A stretch of 64,000 bases of DNA from Entomortierella parvispora E1425. Lineage: Eukaryota; Fungi; Mortierellomycota. Of this stretch, positions 44,340 to 57,255 are shown in pieces. Where the stretch lies: positions 1,116,001 through 1,180,000 of the forward strand of contig BQFW01000006.1 of NCBI GenBank assembly GCA_020891255.1, given 5' to 3'. Every line of letters starts with the position of its first letter. The first letter of the stretch is position 1. A program made the translations under genes and the position numbers. The notes below the pieces were generated by a model. That model saw only the letters and a list, made by a program, of their open reading frames with translations, made no database searches and had not been told where the DNA came from.

Positions 44340-47184
44340 ATGGCAACTGAAGTTTGTAAGTTGTACTTTCACTCCCTTTTCCCTCCCACAGAAGTCCGCT
44401 CCATATGCAACCGTTCTCCCGCTCTGTCATTCCCGCCTATGTTTTCAATGGCACAGAGAAGGTCCAGAGACAAAAGCAGAACCATCGCCAGTCCAACCAA
44501 TTCAAGTCTGGTACTAACAACTACTCCTCATGTTCTCTAAACAACAGCTCTCCCATTGACCCCTCCCGCATCCAAGGCAAGTGCGAGCTGCTAAAGCTCT
44601 TCAAAAGCTGCAAAAAAACGACCTCCGTTTTCTTTGCTAGCCAGCTCTCTCCTTCTCTCGCTCTTCACTTCACGGCCCTTGCGGCGAGTTCCTCTCTTGC
44701 CCCTCCAATTGGCGCCTCCTTGAGTGCCTTTTTTGATACTGGCACCTCCCCATGGCTCTTGTCGACGCAAAAAGTTTTTTTCTTTTGCTCAAAAGGAAAA
44801 CTCATGCAGGCAATTCGTCAGAGGAAAAAAAAAAAGACACGTCTTTTCAGGGCCTTTGTGCCATTGAGGACCAAGTCAGGGAAAGAGTATCATCTGGGAC
44901 TCGGCCTGTTAGGAAAAGGGGATTTGTTTTTCTTGCTGCACAACAGTGAGGGACGTGTTGATTTGCTACTGGGGATGATTCTTGATTGCCTTTCCTTTGT
45001 TCTCCTGTTGTTGTCGCACACACTTGGCCCGAAACGCTCAGGATTAACGGTCCAATTTGTGGGTGTCTTTGTTCTTAATAGTCCTTGATGAACGGCGCTC
45101 TCCGCAAGAAGTTGCAAGGCTATGTCGGTTTCGCCAACCTGCCCAACCAGGTCCACCGCAAGTCGGTCAAGAAGGGCTTCAACTTTACCATCATGGTTGT
45201 TGGTAGGTGATCTCTTTTACAGTCTTGCGAGAGAGCAAGCGATGGCAAAACGCCAACACACCAGGAACAAAGGACAAGCAGAGCAGTAGCAATGCACCGT
45301 GTGGTTCCTTCTCTATCCTCCCGCGACACTGACTGACTTGACTGTCAGTTGTGTTAATGGTTGATTTTCAGATGAAAAGAATACGGGCTCGCATGCTCTT
45401 TCTCATCTGTCTATGGGAGAGGAGGAGTATTTATAACCATGCTGTGTGCAAGTTGTGTGCATGTTTTGGGTGTGCACCGAGCATGGACCAGGAGCCAGAT
45501 CCGACGACAACCTCAACAAACCATCCGGCAGTCTCCACAAGGTGTTTTGTTTCTACACCAGGAGCAATGTTGTTTACCACAGGAGTCGATACTCGACAGG
45601 ACACCGACGACGCTAGCTTCTGCAGCACTGCCCCAGGAATGCAATTACCACGGGTGGGGAAAGGACAAGTCGACACTCAGGGGGCTTGTTGACAGGATGC
45701 TCTGTTCCAGGATGCACCGTCCCTGAGGGGCGTCCTTCAGATCCATTTCATTAACCCTCGTTCATTTTCTGTGGCCGACCATTAGGTGAGTCTGGTTTGG
45801 GCAAGTCGACCCTTGTCAACACCCTTTTCAACGCCCCTCTTTACCCTCCCAAGGAACATGTTCCTTTGACTGGCGAGAGCCCCAAGACTGTCGGCATCCA
45901 GGTGCTGAACACTGACATTGAGGAGAATGGTGTCCGCCTGAAGCTCAATGTTGTCGATACCCCCGGCTTTGGAGACTTTATCAACAACGAAGAGAGGTAA
46001 GGATCGTTGACCTGAATGCAATTGGAAATTGACTTTTGGCGGCGATGTTATCGGATGTTTGTTGATTGACACTTTTTTCAATGTTTCTTGTTTGCGCTAG
46101 CTGGAAGCCTATTTTGGAGACGATCGAGAGCCGCTTTGACGCTTACCTTGAGCAGGAGAACCGCGTCAACCGTAGCAAGATCACCGATACCCGCGTCAAC
46201 GCCTGTCTTTACTTCATTGCTCCCACCGGCCACTCTCTCAAGGCCTTGGACATTGAGTTCATGAAGAGACTTCACAAGAAAGTCAACTTGATCCCTGTGA
46301 TTGCCAAGAGCGACACTATGACCAGCGAGGAGATTGCAGCCTTCAAGGAGCGCGTAAGTTTTAGATATGGGGTGGAGTGGTTTGTGTCTGTACAGATGAT
46401 CATCGATATAAACATGAGCTGACTCTCTTTGATCCTGTTCTCTTGATATTTAGATTCTTCTGGATATCGCTCACCACGACATCAAGATCTACCACGCTCA
46501 GCACTACGACTGCGATGACATTGAGACCATCAACGAGACCAAGGATGTTATGGTAAGGATCAAGCGAGATTAGTATTCTCTCATTGTCATCATTTCGCTC
46601 TTTCAAGATCTGACACGAAGTTTTCATTGTAATAGAGCAAGATCCCTTTTGCCATTGTCGGATCAGACAAGGCCGTTGAGACTGCTGATGGCCGTCTTGT
46701 CCGTGGCCGCAAGTACCCTTGGGGAGTGATTGAGGTTGACAACGAGGACCACTGCGACTTTGTCAAGCTTCGCCAGATGTTGATTCGCACGCACATGGAG
46801 GAGTTGCGCGAGTTCACCAACGACATCCACTACGAGAACTACCGTACCGAGAAGTTGTTGGCTATGGGATACCAGCAAGACAACACTGTGTTCAGAGAGG
46901 TTGATCCCTTGGCCAAGCTCGAGGAGGAGCGTGCATTGCACGAGGCCAAGCTTGTGAAGATGGAGCAGGATATGAAGCACGTGTTCCAACAGAAGGTGCA
47001 AGAGAAGGAGGCCAAGCTGACACAATCCGAAGCAGAGCTGTATGCCAAACACAAGGAGATGAAGGACGCGCTGGAGAAGCAGCGTCTTGACTTGGAAGAG
47101 AAGAAGAGGAGGATTGAACAGGGTCGCCCGACGACTCCTGACAAGCCTACCAAGAAGAAGGGCTTTGGATTTGCCAACAAATAA
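44340..47184 (+). CDS. CDC3: Septin, Cdc3/AspB type, copy 1 (425 aa)
   Basis: Exons 44340-44355, 44548-44576, 45082-45202, 45786-45996, 46101-46353, 46454-46552 and 46636-47184 (1278 nt). Motifs [42 protein letters not shown], and a coiled coil [11 protein letters not shown]. Confidence 0.88.
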
Positions 47185-47220
47185 TTGTGGAAAGTGAACG
47201 ATCCCCAGCGGAAATGAGGA
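44540..47220 (+). repeat. Near-identical direct repeat unit (second copy ~48268-50944, offset ~3724-3726 bp)
   Basis: ORF-track entries recur at a constant offset (45782 to 49506; 46726 to 50450). Only scattered SNPs and small indels were seen. Confidence 0.9.
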
Positions 47221-48084
47221 GAGGGCTACCAGAAATGAGTTAAAGTGAGAGCGATGGACGTTAAAGTCCTCCCATTCTTTTTTTTCTCGTCTTTGTCTTC
47301 CTTCTGATATTTTGGAAAGCGGTTTCTCTCTGGGAGAGAACTCATTTGCCAAGAAGGTGGACTTTGTCTTTCTTTTCATTCCACTTTATTATTTCCACCC
47401 AAAAGACGTCCAATCCTCCCCGCCGATATTTATGTGAAGCAGGCAACAACATACACCAGATAATAATGAATAGGCAATAATCTCCTAGATAAACCCTTTT
47501 AAACCTCAAACGTGGCTCACAAGGATTCAGGGCCGCAATCAGCGCCTTTCTTTCTGAAAAGCGAATATGTCACTTGTTGATGTTGTCCTTGCCAACCTTG
47601 CCGCCCTTACCAACATTCAAACGTTGTCACACAGGCCATAGTGCAAATTCATTTCAACTTTGTCCAGGGAGTGTGCCTACATCAGTAATTAACGTGGTTT
47701 GGTGTGTTTGATAGACAAAGAGAGAGACAGAGAGGGAGAGAATGGAATTGAAGGCGCATCCTCGACTCGGACAGATGGCAACCAAGGTGCTCTCAAGAAT
47801 GCGACGACGGCGGAAGAAACAAAGGCAATTGAGCATGCATCAGTTCGTTTAAACCAGTCCAAACCCAGAGCAATAATTTGAGCAGCAAGAAAACAGAGCG
47901 AAACGAACAGTGACAGTTCAAGCTGGCACAAAAGGGCTAGCAGCATCTCTTTTTTATTCTCATCTCCATCCCTTCATCACCATTGTTTCCATCCATCCTG
48001 CCTTAAACCCATCCCCGTCTCTTTACCTTTATTCATCCTTTCACTGCTCCCTACCCCTCTCCATCATCCTTTCCTTCACACACA

Positions 48085-50908
48085 ATGGCAACTGAAGTTT
48101 GTAAGTTGTACTCACCTCTCTTTCAATCTCTCTCAGAAGTCCGCTGGCCACCATGCACCGCGCTTCCTCACTTTTGTCTTTTACTGCCTGCGTCGTTGCG
48201 AATGGGACTTAAGAATGCCAATACCATTCAAGTTTCGTACTGACCAATGTTCTTTTTCTTTTTTTGAAAAACAGCTGTCCCATTGACCCCTCCCGCATCC
48301 AAGGCAAGTGCGAGCTACCAATGCTCTTCAAAAGCTGCAAAAAAACGACCTCCGTTTTCTTTGCTAGCCAGCTCTCTCCTTCTCTCGCTCTCCCACTTCG
48401 CGGCCCTTGCGGCGAGTTCCTCTCTTGCCCCTCCAATTGGCGCCTCCTTGAGTGCCTTTTTTGACACTGGCACCTCCCCATGGCTCTTGTCGTCGCAAAA
48501 AGTTTTTTTCTTTTGCTCAAAAGGAAAACTCATGCAGGCAATTCGTCAGAGGAAAAAAAAAGACACGTCTTTTCAGGGCCTTTGTGCCATTGAGGACCAA
48601 GTCAGGAAAAGAGTATCATCTGGGACTCGGCCTGTTAGGAAAAGGGGATTTGTTTTTCTTGCTGCACAACAGTGAGGGACGTGTTGATTTGCTACTGGGG
48701 ATGATTCTTGATTGCCTTTCCTTTGTTCTCCTGTTGTTGTCGCACACACTTGGCCCGAAACGCTCAGGATTAACGGTCCAATTTGTGGGTGTCTTTGTTC
48801 TTAATAGTCCTTGATGAACGGCGCTCTCCGCAAGAAGTTGCAAGGCTATGTCGGTTTCGCCAACCTGCCCAACCAGGTCCACCGCAAGTCGGTCAAGAAG
48901 GGCTTCAACTTTACCATCATGGTTGTTGGTAGGTGATCTCTTTTACAGTCTTGCGAGAGAGCAAGCAATGGCAAAACGACAACACACCAGGAACAAAGGA
49001 CAAGCAGAGCAGTAGCAATGCACCGTGTGGTTCCTTCTCTATCCTCCCGCGACACTGACTGACTTGACTGTCAGTTGTGTTAATGGTTGATTTTCAGATG
49101 AAAAGAATACGGGCTCGCATGCTCTTTCTCATCTGTCTATGGGAGAGGAGGAGTATTTATAACCATGCTGTGTGCAAGTTGTGTGCATGTTTTGGGTGTG
49201 CACCGAGCATGGACCAGGAGCCAGATCCGACGACAACCTCAACAAACCATCCGACAGTCTCCACAAGGTGTTTTGTTTCTAAACCAGGAGCAATGTTGTT
49301 TACCACAGGAGTCGATACTCGACAGGACACCGACGACGCTAGCTTCTGCAACACTGCCCCAGGAATGCAATTACCACGGGTGGGAAAGGACAAGTCGACA
49401 CTCAGGGGCTTGTTGACAGGATGCTCTGTTCCAGGATGCACCGTCCCTGAGGGGCGTCCTTCAGATCCATTTCATTAACCCTCGTTCATTTTCTGTGGCC
49501 GACCATTAGGTGAGTCTGGTTTGGGCAAGTCGACCCTTGTCAACACCCTTTTCAACGCCCCTCTTTACCCTCCCAAGGAACATGTTCCTTTGACTGGCGA
49601 GAGCCCCAAGACTGTCGGCATCCAGGTGCTGAACACTGACATTGAGGAGAATGGTGTCCGCCTGAAGCTCAATGTTGTCGATACCCCCGGCTTTGGAGAC
49701 TTTATCAACAACGAAGAGAGGTAAGGATCGTTGACCTGAATGCAATTGGAAATTGACTTTTGGCGGCGATGTTATCGGATGTTTGTTGATTGACACTTTT
49801 TTCAATGTTTCTTGTTTGCGCTAGCTGGAAGCCTATTTTGGAGACGATCGAGAGCCGCTTTGACGCTTACCTTGAGCAGGAGAACCGCGTCAACCGTAGC
49901 AAGATCACCGATACCCGCGTCAACGCCTGTCTTTACTTCATTGCTCCCACCGGCCACTCTCTCAAGGCCTTGGACATTGAGTTCATGAAGAGACTTCACA
50001 AGAAAGTCAACTTGATCCCTGTGATTGCCAAGAGCGACACTATGACCAGCGAGGAGATTGCAGCCTTCAAGGAGCGCGTAAGTTTTTGATATGGGGTGGA
50101 GTGGTTTGTGTCTGTACAGATGATCATCGATATAAACATGAGCTGACTCTCTTTGACCTTGTTCTCTTGACATTTAGATTCTTCTGGATATCGCTCACCA
50201 CGACATCAAGATTTACCACGCTCAGCACTACGACTGCGATGACATTGAGACCATCAACGAGACCAAGGATGTTATGGTAAGGATCAAGCGAGATTAGTAT
50301 TCTCTCATTGTCATCATTTCGCTCTTTCAAGATCTGACACGAAGTTTTCATTGTAATAGAGCAAGATCCCTTTTGCCATTGTCGGATCAGACAAGGCCGT
50401 TGAGACTGCTGATGGCCGTCTTGTCCGTGGCCGCAAGTACCCTTGGGGAGTGATTGAGGTTGACAACGAGGACCACTGCGACTTTGTCAAGCTTCGCCAG
50501 ATGTTGATTCGCACGCACATGGAGGAGTTGCGCGAGTTCACCAACGACATCCACTACGAGAACTACCGTACCGAGAAGTTGTTGGCTATGGGATACCAGC
50601 AAGACAACACTGTGTTCAGAGAGGTTGATCCCTTGGCCAAGCTCGAGGAGGAGCGTGCATTGCACGAGGCCAAGCTTGTGAAGATGGAGCAGGATATGAA
50701 GCACGTGTTCCAACAGAAGGTGCAAGAGAAGGAGGCCAAGCTGACACAATCCGAAGCAGAGCTGTATGCCAAACACAAGGAGATGAAGGACGCGCTGGAG
50801 AAGCAGCGTCTTGACTTGGAAGAGAAGAAGAGGAGGATTGAACAGGGTCGCCCGACGACTCCTGACAAGCCTACCAAGAAGAAGGGCTTTGGATTTGCCA
50901 ACAAATAA
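48085..50908 (+). CDS. CDC3: Septin, Cdc3/AspB type, copy 2
   Basis: Same exon structure as copy 1. The only amino-acid difference noticed is L to V in exon 2 (SLPLTPP vs SVPLTPP). Confidence 0.88.
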
Positions 50909-51639
50909 TTGTGGAAAGTGAACGACCCCCAGCGGAAATGAAGAAAAGGAGATCATAGATGAGGAAAGGTGGAAGCGATGACGAGGATCTGTACTTGAAC
51001 AGTTGAGCTATTGAAGGAGAGAATCTTGTCATTTTTTCCACTGGATTTTCGCATTGAGATCAACGACGCCTCTCTGGGAGAAGCGCAGCCTTCCTCTTTC
51101 CACTTATTATTTCTGCACAAAAAGACGATCAAAAGTCCATATTTATACGAAACTGGAGTGCACACACTCTCACATACGGTACTTCCGACCGACCCTAATG
51201 AATACCTGAGAAAGTAAACCTTTTCAAAAGACCCAATTGATCACCTGACCAAACCTGAGTTTTCCGGGAGTGTCCGATTGGGACGCGACTTCTCCCTTGG
51301 ATGCTCTCGAACGCACGTATGCCCGCGTTTTCTGAATGTGGAGGGACCAAACCAAAATGAACAGGAAACCTTGACCGGAAAGACCGCCAGGTTTCGCATA
51401 CTCTTTCTTTCAAGTGGATATGTGGAGGGTGGACCAAACGACGGTGGAGCAGGTACGGTGATGGGTTGCCGTTTTGTTCCAGTGCGCGGCCGTGGTCACC
51501 CTTTTTGATTTTTTTTTTCGCCCGTCTTTTGCACAAAAGTCGTCCGTCGCCTCTCTTCCTCTTCTTTTCTCTTTTTCCTTGTCTGTTTCCTTCAGTCTCC
51601 CTCTCCTCTCCACTCTTCTCCACACCCACACATCTTTCC

Positions 51640-53544
51640 ATGTTATCCTCTCAAAAGTTCGGTGGCCTGGCCAAGGTTGCCGCCAGGGCCTTCATCACTC
51701 CCTTGGTAATCATCAACTGCCATACCATGCACTTTCCTTGGAATGACATGCAAACTCCATACCCCAATGCATTGGGAATCTGACGACGGCGAGTGGCTGT
51801 GTTTATGTGAAGCGAGCTTGGGCGACAGGCGATCAGATGGAATGAAATGCACGGCATCCACTTGCTCAGTTTGGGTCAAGGAGCGGAATACGCACTTGGC
51901 AGGACCTTACGCACTTGGCAGGACCTTCATTTCATCCCAATATTTTCCGCCCTCCTCTCCCCCATTGATGGTAGTGTTTGCACTTCAAACAAAACACAGG
52001 GAAAATACAGGGGAGGAAAAAGTGGAGCCCAATGCATTTCTCTCACGGTCCTCAATCGCTGACAGTTTATCTCTTTGCTAACCAAATCGATGTGTCCATA
52101 GACCGTCCGTCGTTTTGCCTCTGCTGCTGCCAGCAATGTCACGATCAACCTCCACGAGGGATCTTTTGAGTCCTACAACTGCGATACCCCTTCCTTGGAT
52201 GTCGAGATTTCCAAAGAGGAGCTCGTTCATATGTACAAGAGCATGGTCACCATGAGACGCATGGAGATGGCTTCCGATGGTCTGTACAAGGCCAAGCTGA
52301 TCCGCGGTTTCTGTCACTTGTGCACCGGTCAGGTAATGATCTACGCCTGTTCTTTGTGTTTTATGTCAAAGGATGATCGTGATAAACACGCGTGCACCAA
52401 AGCGGAATTAGGCGCTGGGCGCGGAAGAACAATTTCGATCTGTACTTTTACAAAATGGGTGGTCACACTTCGCGACTTGCACGCGTTTGGCATGCATAAA
52501 GCTTCTTTCTGACATTGAACAATCATTTATTTTGATATCCGAATGGTTTTTAGGAAGCTGTCGCTGTTGGTATGGAGACTGCATTGACTGCCGATGATAA
52601 GATCATCACTGCCTACCGTTGCCACGGATTTACCTACATGCGTGGTGGTTCCATCACCTCTATTCTCGCTGAGCTTCTTGGACGCAAGGCTGGTATCTCT
52701 GGAGGCAAGGGAGGCTCGATGCACATGTTCACCCCCAACTTCTTTGGAGGAAACGGTATTGTCGGTGCCCAGGTTCCTCTTGGTGCTGGTATCGCCTTTG
52801 CTCAAAAGTATCTAGGCCACAAGGCTGCCACTTTTGCCCTTTATGGTGATGGTGCCTCTAACCAGGGTCAGGTCTTTGAGGCCTACAACATGGCCAAGCT
52901 CTGGGACTTGCCCGCTGTCTTTGTTTGCGAGAACAACCGCTACGGAATGGGAACTGCCGCCAACCGCTCTTCCGCCAACACCAGCTACTTTAAGCGCGGA
53001 GACTATATCCCTGGGTTGAAGGTAAGGATCCACTGGCCCAAGACATGTGAAGAAAGATCTAGATCTATGGTGATTATCGGTGAGACTTTAAAGCTCGAAG
53101 CTGACTTTTATTCATTCGTTTCACATTGTTTAGGTTAACGGTATGGATGTCTTGGCTGTTCACCAGGCCGCTGCCTATGCCAAGGAGTGGGCTTCCTCTG
53201 GCAAGGGTCCTCTTCTGTTGGAGATGGAGACTTACCGTTATGGAGGTCACTCCATGTCCGATCCCGGTACCACTTACCGTACTCGTGAGGAGATCCAGAA
53301 CATGCGATCCAACAACGATCCCATCACTGGATTGAAGCAGCGTTTGTTGGACTTGAACGTCATCACTGAAGATGAGATGAAGGCCATCGAGAAGAATGCT
53401 CGTGCTGAAGTTGACAAGTCTGTGGAAGAGGCCAAGGCCAGCCCCGAGCCCGATATGAGCGAGTTCTTCACCCACGTCTACCAAAAGGGAACGGAGGTGC
53501 CATTCCTCCGTGGACGCGAGCCTGAGGAGGTCTACAAGTACTAG
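51640..53544 (+). CDS. PDA1: Pyruvate dehydrogenase E1 alpha subunit, mitochondrial
   Basis: Exons 51640-51705, 52102-52332, 52554-53021 and 53134-53544. Motifs [24 protein letters not shown] (ThDP motif) and [13 protein letters not shown]. Confidence 0.96.
51889..51926. repeat. Perfect 19-bp tandem duplication (TACGCACTTGGCAGGACCT)x2 in PDA1 intron 1
   Basis: Read directly from the sequence. Confidence 0.9.
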
Positions 53545-54711
53545 AGAGAAAGAGAGAGAGAGTAAGGGATCAAAGACGCACATGCTAGTGCTGATTTCCA
53601 GCAGTGACAAAAAGAAAAAAGAAAAAAAAAAAAGAACCAAAAACATAAAATACCATGGCCCATTTTGTTAGTGCAATTTACAATGTTGTTGTGGGGAGGT
53701 GAGGTGCAAGGCCCCTGGGGTGGCGACTTTGACTCGCTGGCGAACCACGGACGGACGCGATGTCGCCACTGGGGGACTGCTTCTATGGCATGGCGTGATT
53801 GGCTGACTGAAATTCAAAAATTCAAGGACAGTCGCCCAACCCACGACGCCCGAGATAACACGGACGGGATCGACCGCAACCAAAAAAAATAGGTCCCTTG
53901 CTCACGTAGACGATCTGGGCAAGGGTGCAGAGGCTCCAGAGATCAATTGGCCGGTGCAGGGCGAGGTCAATTACAGGCGGTCAGGGCGGAAGGAGAGGTC
54001 AACACTCTTTGTCCCACGCTCCTGGCTTGGTTGTAAAGTCCTTGTTCTTTTCTGTCTTTCTCGGAGGAGAAGAAGCGCGAACGGATCAATTGGTCTTTGC
54101 TTTCTGGAGATAGGCACGCGGCAACTGTTCAATTGACACCATTTTTTTCCAGTCCGACAGAATCCAGTGGAAGAGCGACCGATGCTGTGAATGAAAAAAA
54201 AAAGATGTCCAGAGGGAGGACGGTCGCTGGGAGAAGTCAGAAGGGGGGGAAAAGTGTGAGAAACGAGTAAAGAGGAAGGGAAAGGGCCTCGACTGAGGAT
54301 CAAAAAAATAAAATAAAATTTCAATGCCCGGAGGTGATTGTGCGATGTGAGAGCGAAATGATTTGAGATTTTTTTTCGCTTTTTGTTTTTGGTTTATGTT
54401 CGATGGCATGCGTTCCTGGCGGTGAGAGCAAAGGGAAAATCAACAAAACGTTGTGTGAGGGAAGGACGGAATGCTGCCAGCAGGCTGCGCGAGCGTGCTA
54501 AACACTGGAGAATGACAACCCAACCCCAAGGCAAAGACAGGGGCAGCCAGCCAGCCAGCCAGCCAGCCAGCTTCTTTATTCCACATTGCAATAAAGAAAT
54601 AAAGAGAGAAAGAAAGAAAAAAAGAATGGGGGAGCAGCTACCCTCTGCGTGCTTCAGCTTGGGAAAAAAAAAGAGGAGTCAAGGAACTGACGATTCACAC
54701 TCCTCCGCCAG

Positions 54712-54718
54712 TATAAAA
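54712..54718 (+). promoter_or_regulatory. TATA box of the SAM synthetase gene
   Basis: TATAAAA about 97 bp upstream of ATG 54809, followed by a pyrimidine-rich tract. Confidence 0.55.
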
Positions 54719-54808
54719 TCAGCTGCAAACCGCCTTTTTCCTTCTTTTCTTTTCTTTCCTGTTCTCCATCTCATCCACTCCCTCCCCCATCCCTCATTTA
54801 CTTTAGCC

Positions 54809-56309
54809 ATGTCCACCTTCCTTTTCACCTCTGAGTCCGTCGGCGAGGGTCACCCCGGTAGGTTCAAGTCTCTTCTTTTCTTTCTCGCGCTGGCTCTTCA
54901 CTCTCTTCTTTCTCATTGCAGAGAATCGAAAGCAAAAAAGGCCTGCGGAATCAAGATCAGGATTCTCTTTAGGATCAGAATCACCGACCCTTCCAACCAA
55001 GATCAATCAGCTTTCTCCCCGAGTCTTTCAAAACTAACAAATCTCGATCTTTGATTATCATGGACTCGCTCTCGCTATCTAGACAAGATCTGCGATCAGG
55101 TCTCTGACGCCATTTTGGATGCTTGCCTTGCCCAGGACCCCATGTCCAAGGTCGCTTGCGAGACCGCTGCCAAGACCGGTATGATCATGGTTCTCGGTGA
55201 GATCACCACCAAGGCCACTTTGGATTACCAGAAGATTATCCGCAACACCATCAAGAACATTGGATACGATGACTCCTCCAAGGGTTTCGACTACAAGACC
55301 TGCAACGTTCTTGTCGCCATCGAGCAGCAGTCCCCCGATATTTACCAGGGTCTCGTCCAGAAGGGTTTCAACGTTGAGGATATCGGAGCTGGTGATCAGG
55401 GTATCATGTTCGGTTACGCTACCGATGAGACCCCCGAGCTCATGCCCTTGACCTTGGTCTTGTCTCACAAGCTCAACAAGAAGATGGCCGATGGCCGTCG
55501 CGATGGTACCCTCCCTTACCTTCGCCCTGACTCCAAGACCCAGGTCACCATCGAGTACAAGAACGAGGGTGGTGCTTTGGTTCCCCTCCGCGTCCACACC
55601 GTCGTCATCTCTGTCCAGCACTCTGAGGATGTTGACAACGAGACCCTCCGCAAGGCCCTCAAGGAGGAGGTCATCGACAAGGTCATCCCCGCCAAGTACC
55701 TCACCCCCGAGACCGTCTACCATCTCCAGCCCTCTGGCAAGTTCATCATCGGTGGTCCCCAGGGAGATGCCGGTGTCACCGGACGCAAGATCATTGTTGA
55801 CACCTACGGTGGTCACGGTGCCCACGGTGGTGGAGCTTTCTCTGGAAAGGATTGGTCCAAGGTCGATCGTTCCGCTGCTTACACTGGTCGCTGGATCGCC
55901 AAGTCCATTGTCAACGCCGGTCTCGCCCGCCGTGCCTTGGTCCAGCTCTCCTACGCCATCGGTGTTGCCGAGCCCACCTCCATCTTTGTCGACACCTACG
56001 GTACCGGCACCAAGTCTGACGAGGAGATCCTCGCCATCGTCAAGCGCAACTTCGACCTCCGCCCCGGTGTCATCGTCAAGGAGTTGAACCTCTTCGAGCC
56101 CATCTACACCAAGACTGCCTGCTACGGACACTTCGGTCGTGAGGAGTTCTCCTGGTACGTGTTATTTCTTTTTTTCCCTCTCTTCAACTGTCCTTCGGCC
56201 CCTAAATTTCTTTGGTATGTTTTGCAATTGTTCATCGATTAACCTGTTGACTCATCGTTTGCTTGTTTTCATTGTTAACAGGGAGAAGCCCCGCGAGCTC
56301 AAGTTTTAA
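54809..56309 (+). CDS. SAM1: S-adenosylmethionine synthetase (MAT)
   Basis: Exons 54809-54857, 55083-56154 and 56282-56309. Motifs [28 protein letters not shown] and YGHFGR. SAM1 vs SAM2 naming cannot be resolved. Confidence 0.96.
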
Positions 56310-57255
56310 AGAAAGAACAAGAAGGAAAAAAAGGCGTACACCTGCCCTGCCATCACACAGTCGTAAAGACATGAGATGGTCGTGGCAACGTGTATTTGTA
56401 TATGCATGATAACCGATAGGGATTCTTCTGAACGTCCTTTTATCAAGTCACCAGCAGCTGGTTCAACCCACGCTGTTTGCCCATTTTCTCACAATTCTAA
56501 AACTTCTTCAAAAACTTTTTACCCTTTCCAACACGCCATCACACAATTGATGTTCATTCCCTTTGTATGTAGACTTCTTTTTTCATTGTTCTTTCCTTAT
56601 GATAACCATTGTTCAACACAATAAATGTACTTTTACCGCCCCCCAAAAGGTTGTTCCATCTATGGCTTGATTCGCACGCTGGTCAATATCATTCTTCGAT
56701 AAAACTTTAAAGACTTGGCTCGGGGAAGGAGTGTTGTGTAAGTGATCCTTGCGCAGAAAGTGGGTGCAGGCATTGTGCATGGGGATGCATTCTTTTTTTA
56801 CGGTTCTGTATCTCTCAAATGCTGGGGTAATTTAGGATTTCGACGTGGAAGCTTCGAGCACCCAAGAGCCTTTAGCACAAGCCATGGGAACGCCCAAGCC
56901 GGCTCTTCATATGAGAGAGGGTTTTGTTCTCCCCACGACTTTCGTTGACACATGGCGTTCCTGGAGCGGAGATACAAATATGAAGAGCAGGGACTGCTTC
57001 TCAACAGAATCCCTAGTCTAATTGATCACGTGCTACACGTGATCAAATTCAGCCACCAATTTTCGATTTTCAGGGAAAGCGCGGTCGATGCGCATGCATG
57101 TTCCATGCTGCCTTGCACAATCTCTGCTCGCTCATCCATCGCAGTCTCTTTCCCTTGCTTTCTTATACCATTCAAGAGATATTGTCTTTGCTCTATCTAG
57201 TTTCCTCAAAGTCGTCCTGTTCCAATCCACCCACACATCGCTTTCGTCAAGCAGC

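Noticed and set aside
44340-50908. Septin duplication as a collapsed or duplicated haplotype artefact
   Set aside because: Intron 1 and the flanks differ far more than allelic variation would, and the ~0.8-kb spacer is unique. Not fully excluded without reads.
55079-56131. 350-aa antisense ORF opposite SAM synthetase (also antisense ORFs opposite the septins, RPS11 and RRP8)
   Set aside because: Typical stop-free shadow of a strongly codon-biased sense gene.
56270-56295. METTL16-type UACAGARAA regulatory site at SAM synthetase splice acceptors or 3' UTR
   Set aside because: The acceptors read CTATCTAG|AC and TTAACAG|GGAG, neither matching the nonamer, and no match was seen in the 3' UTR.
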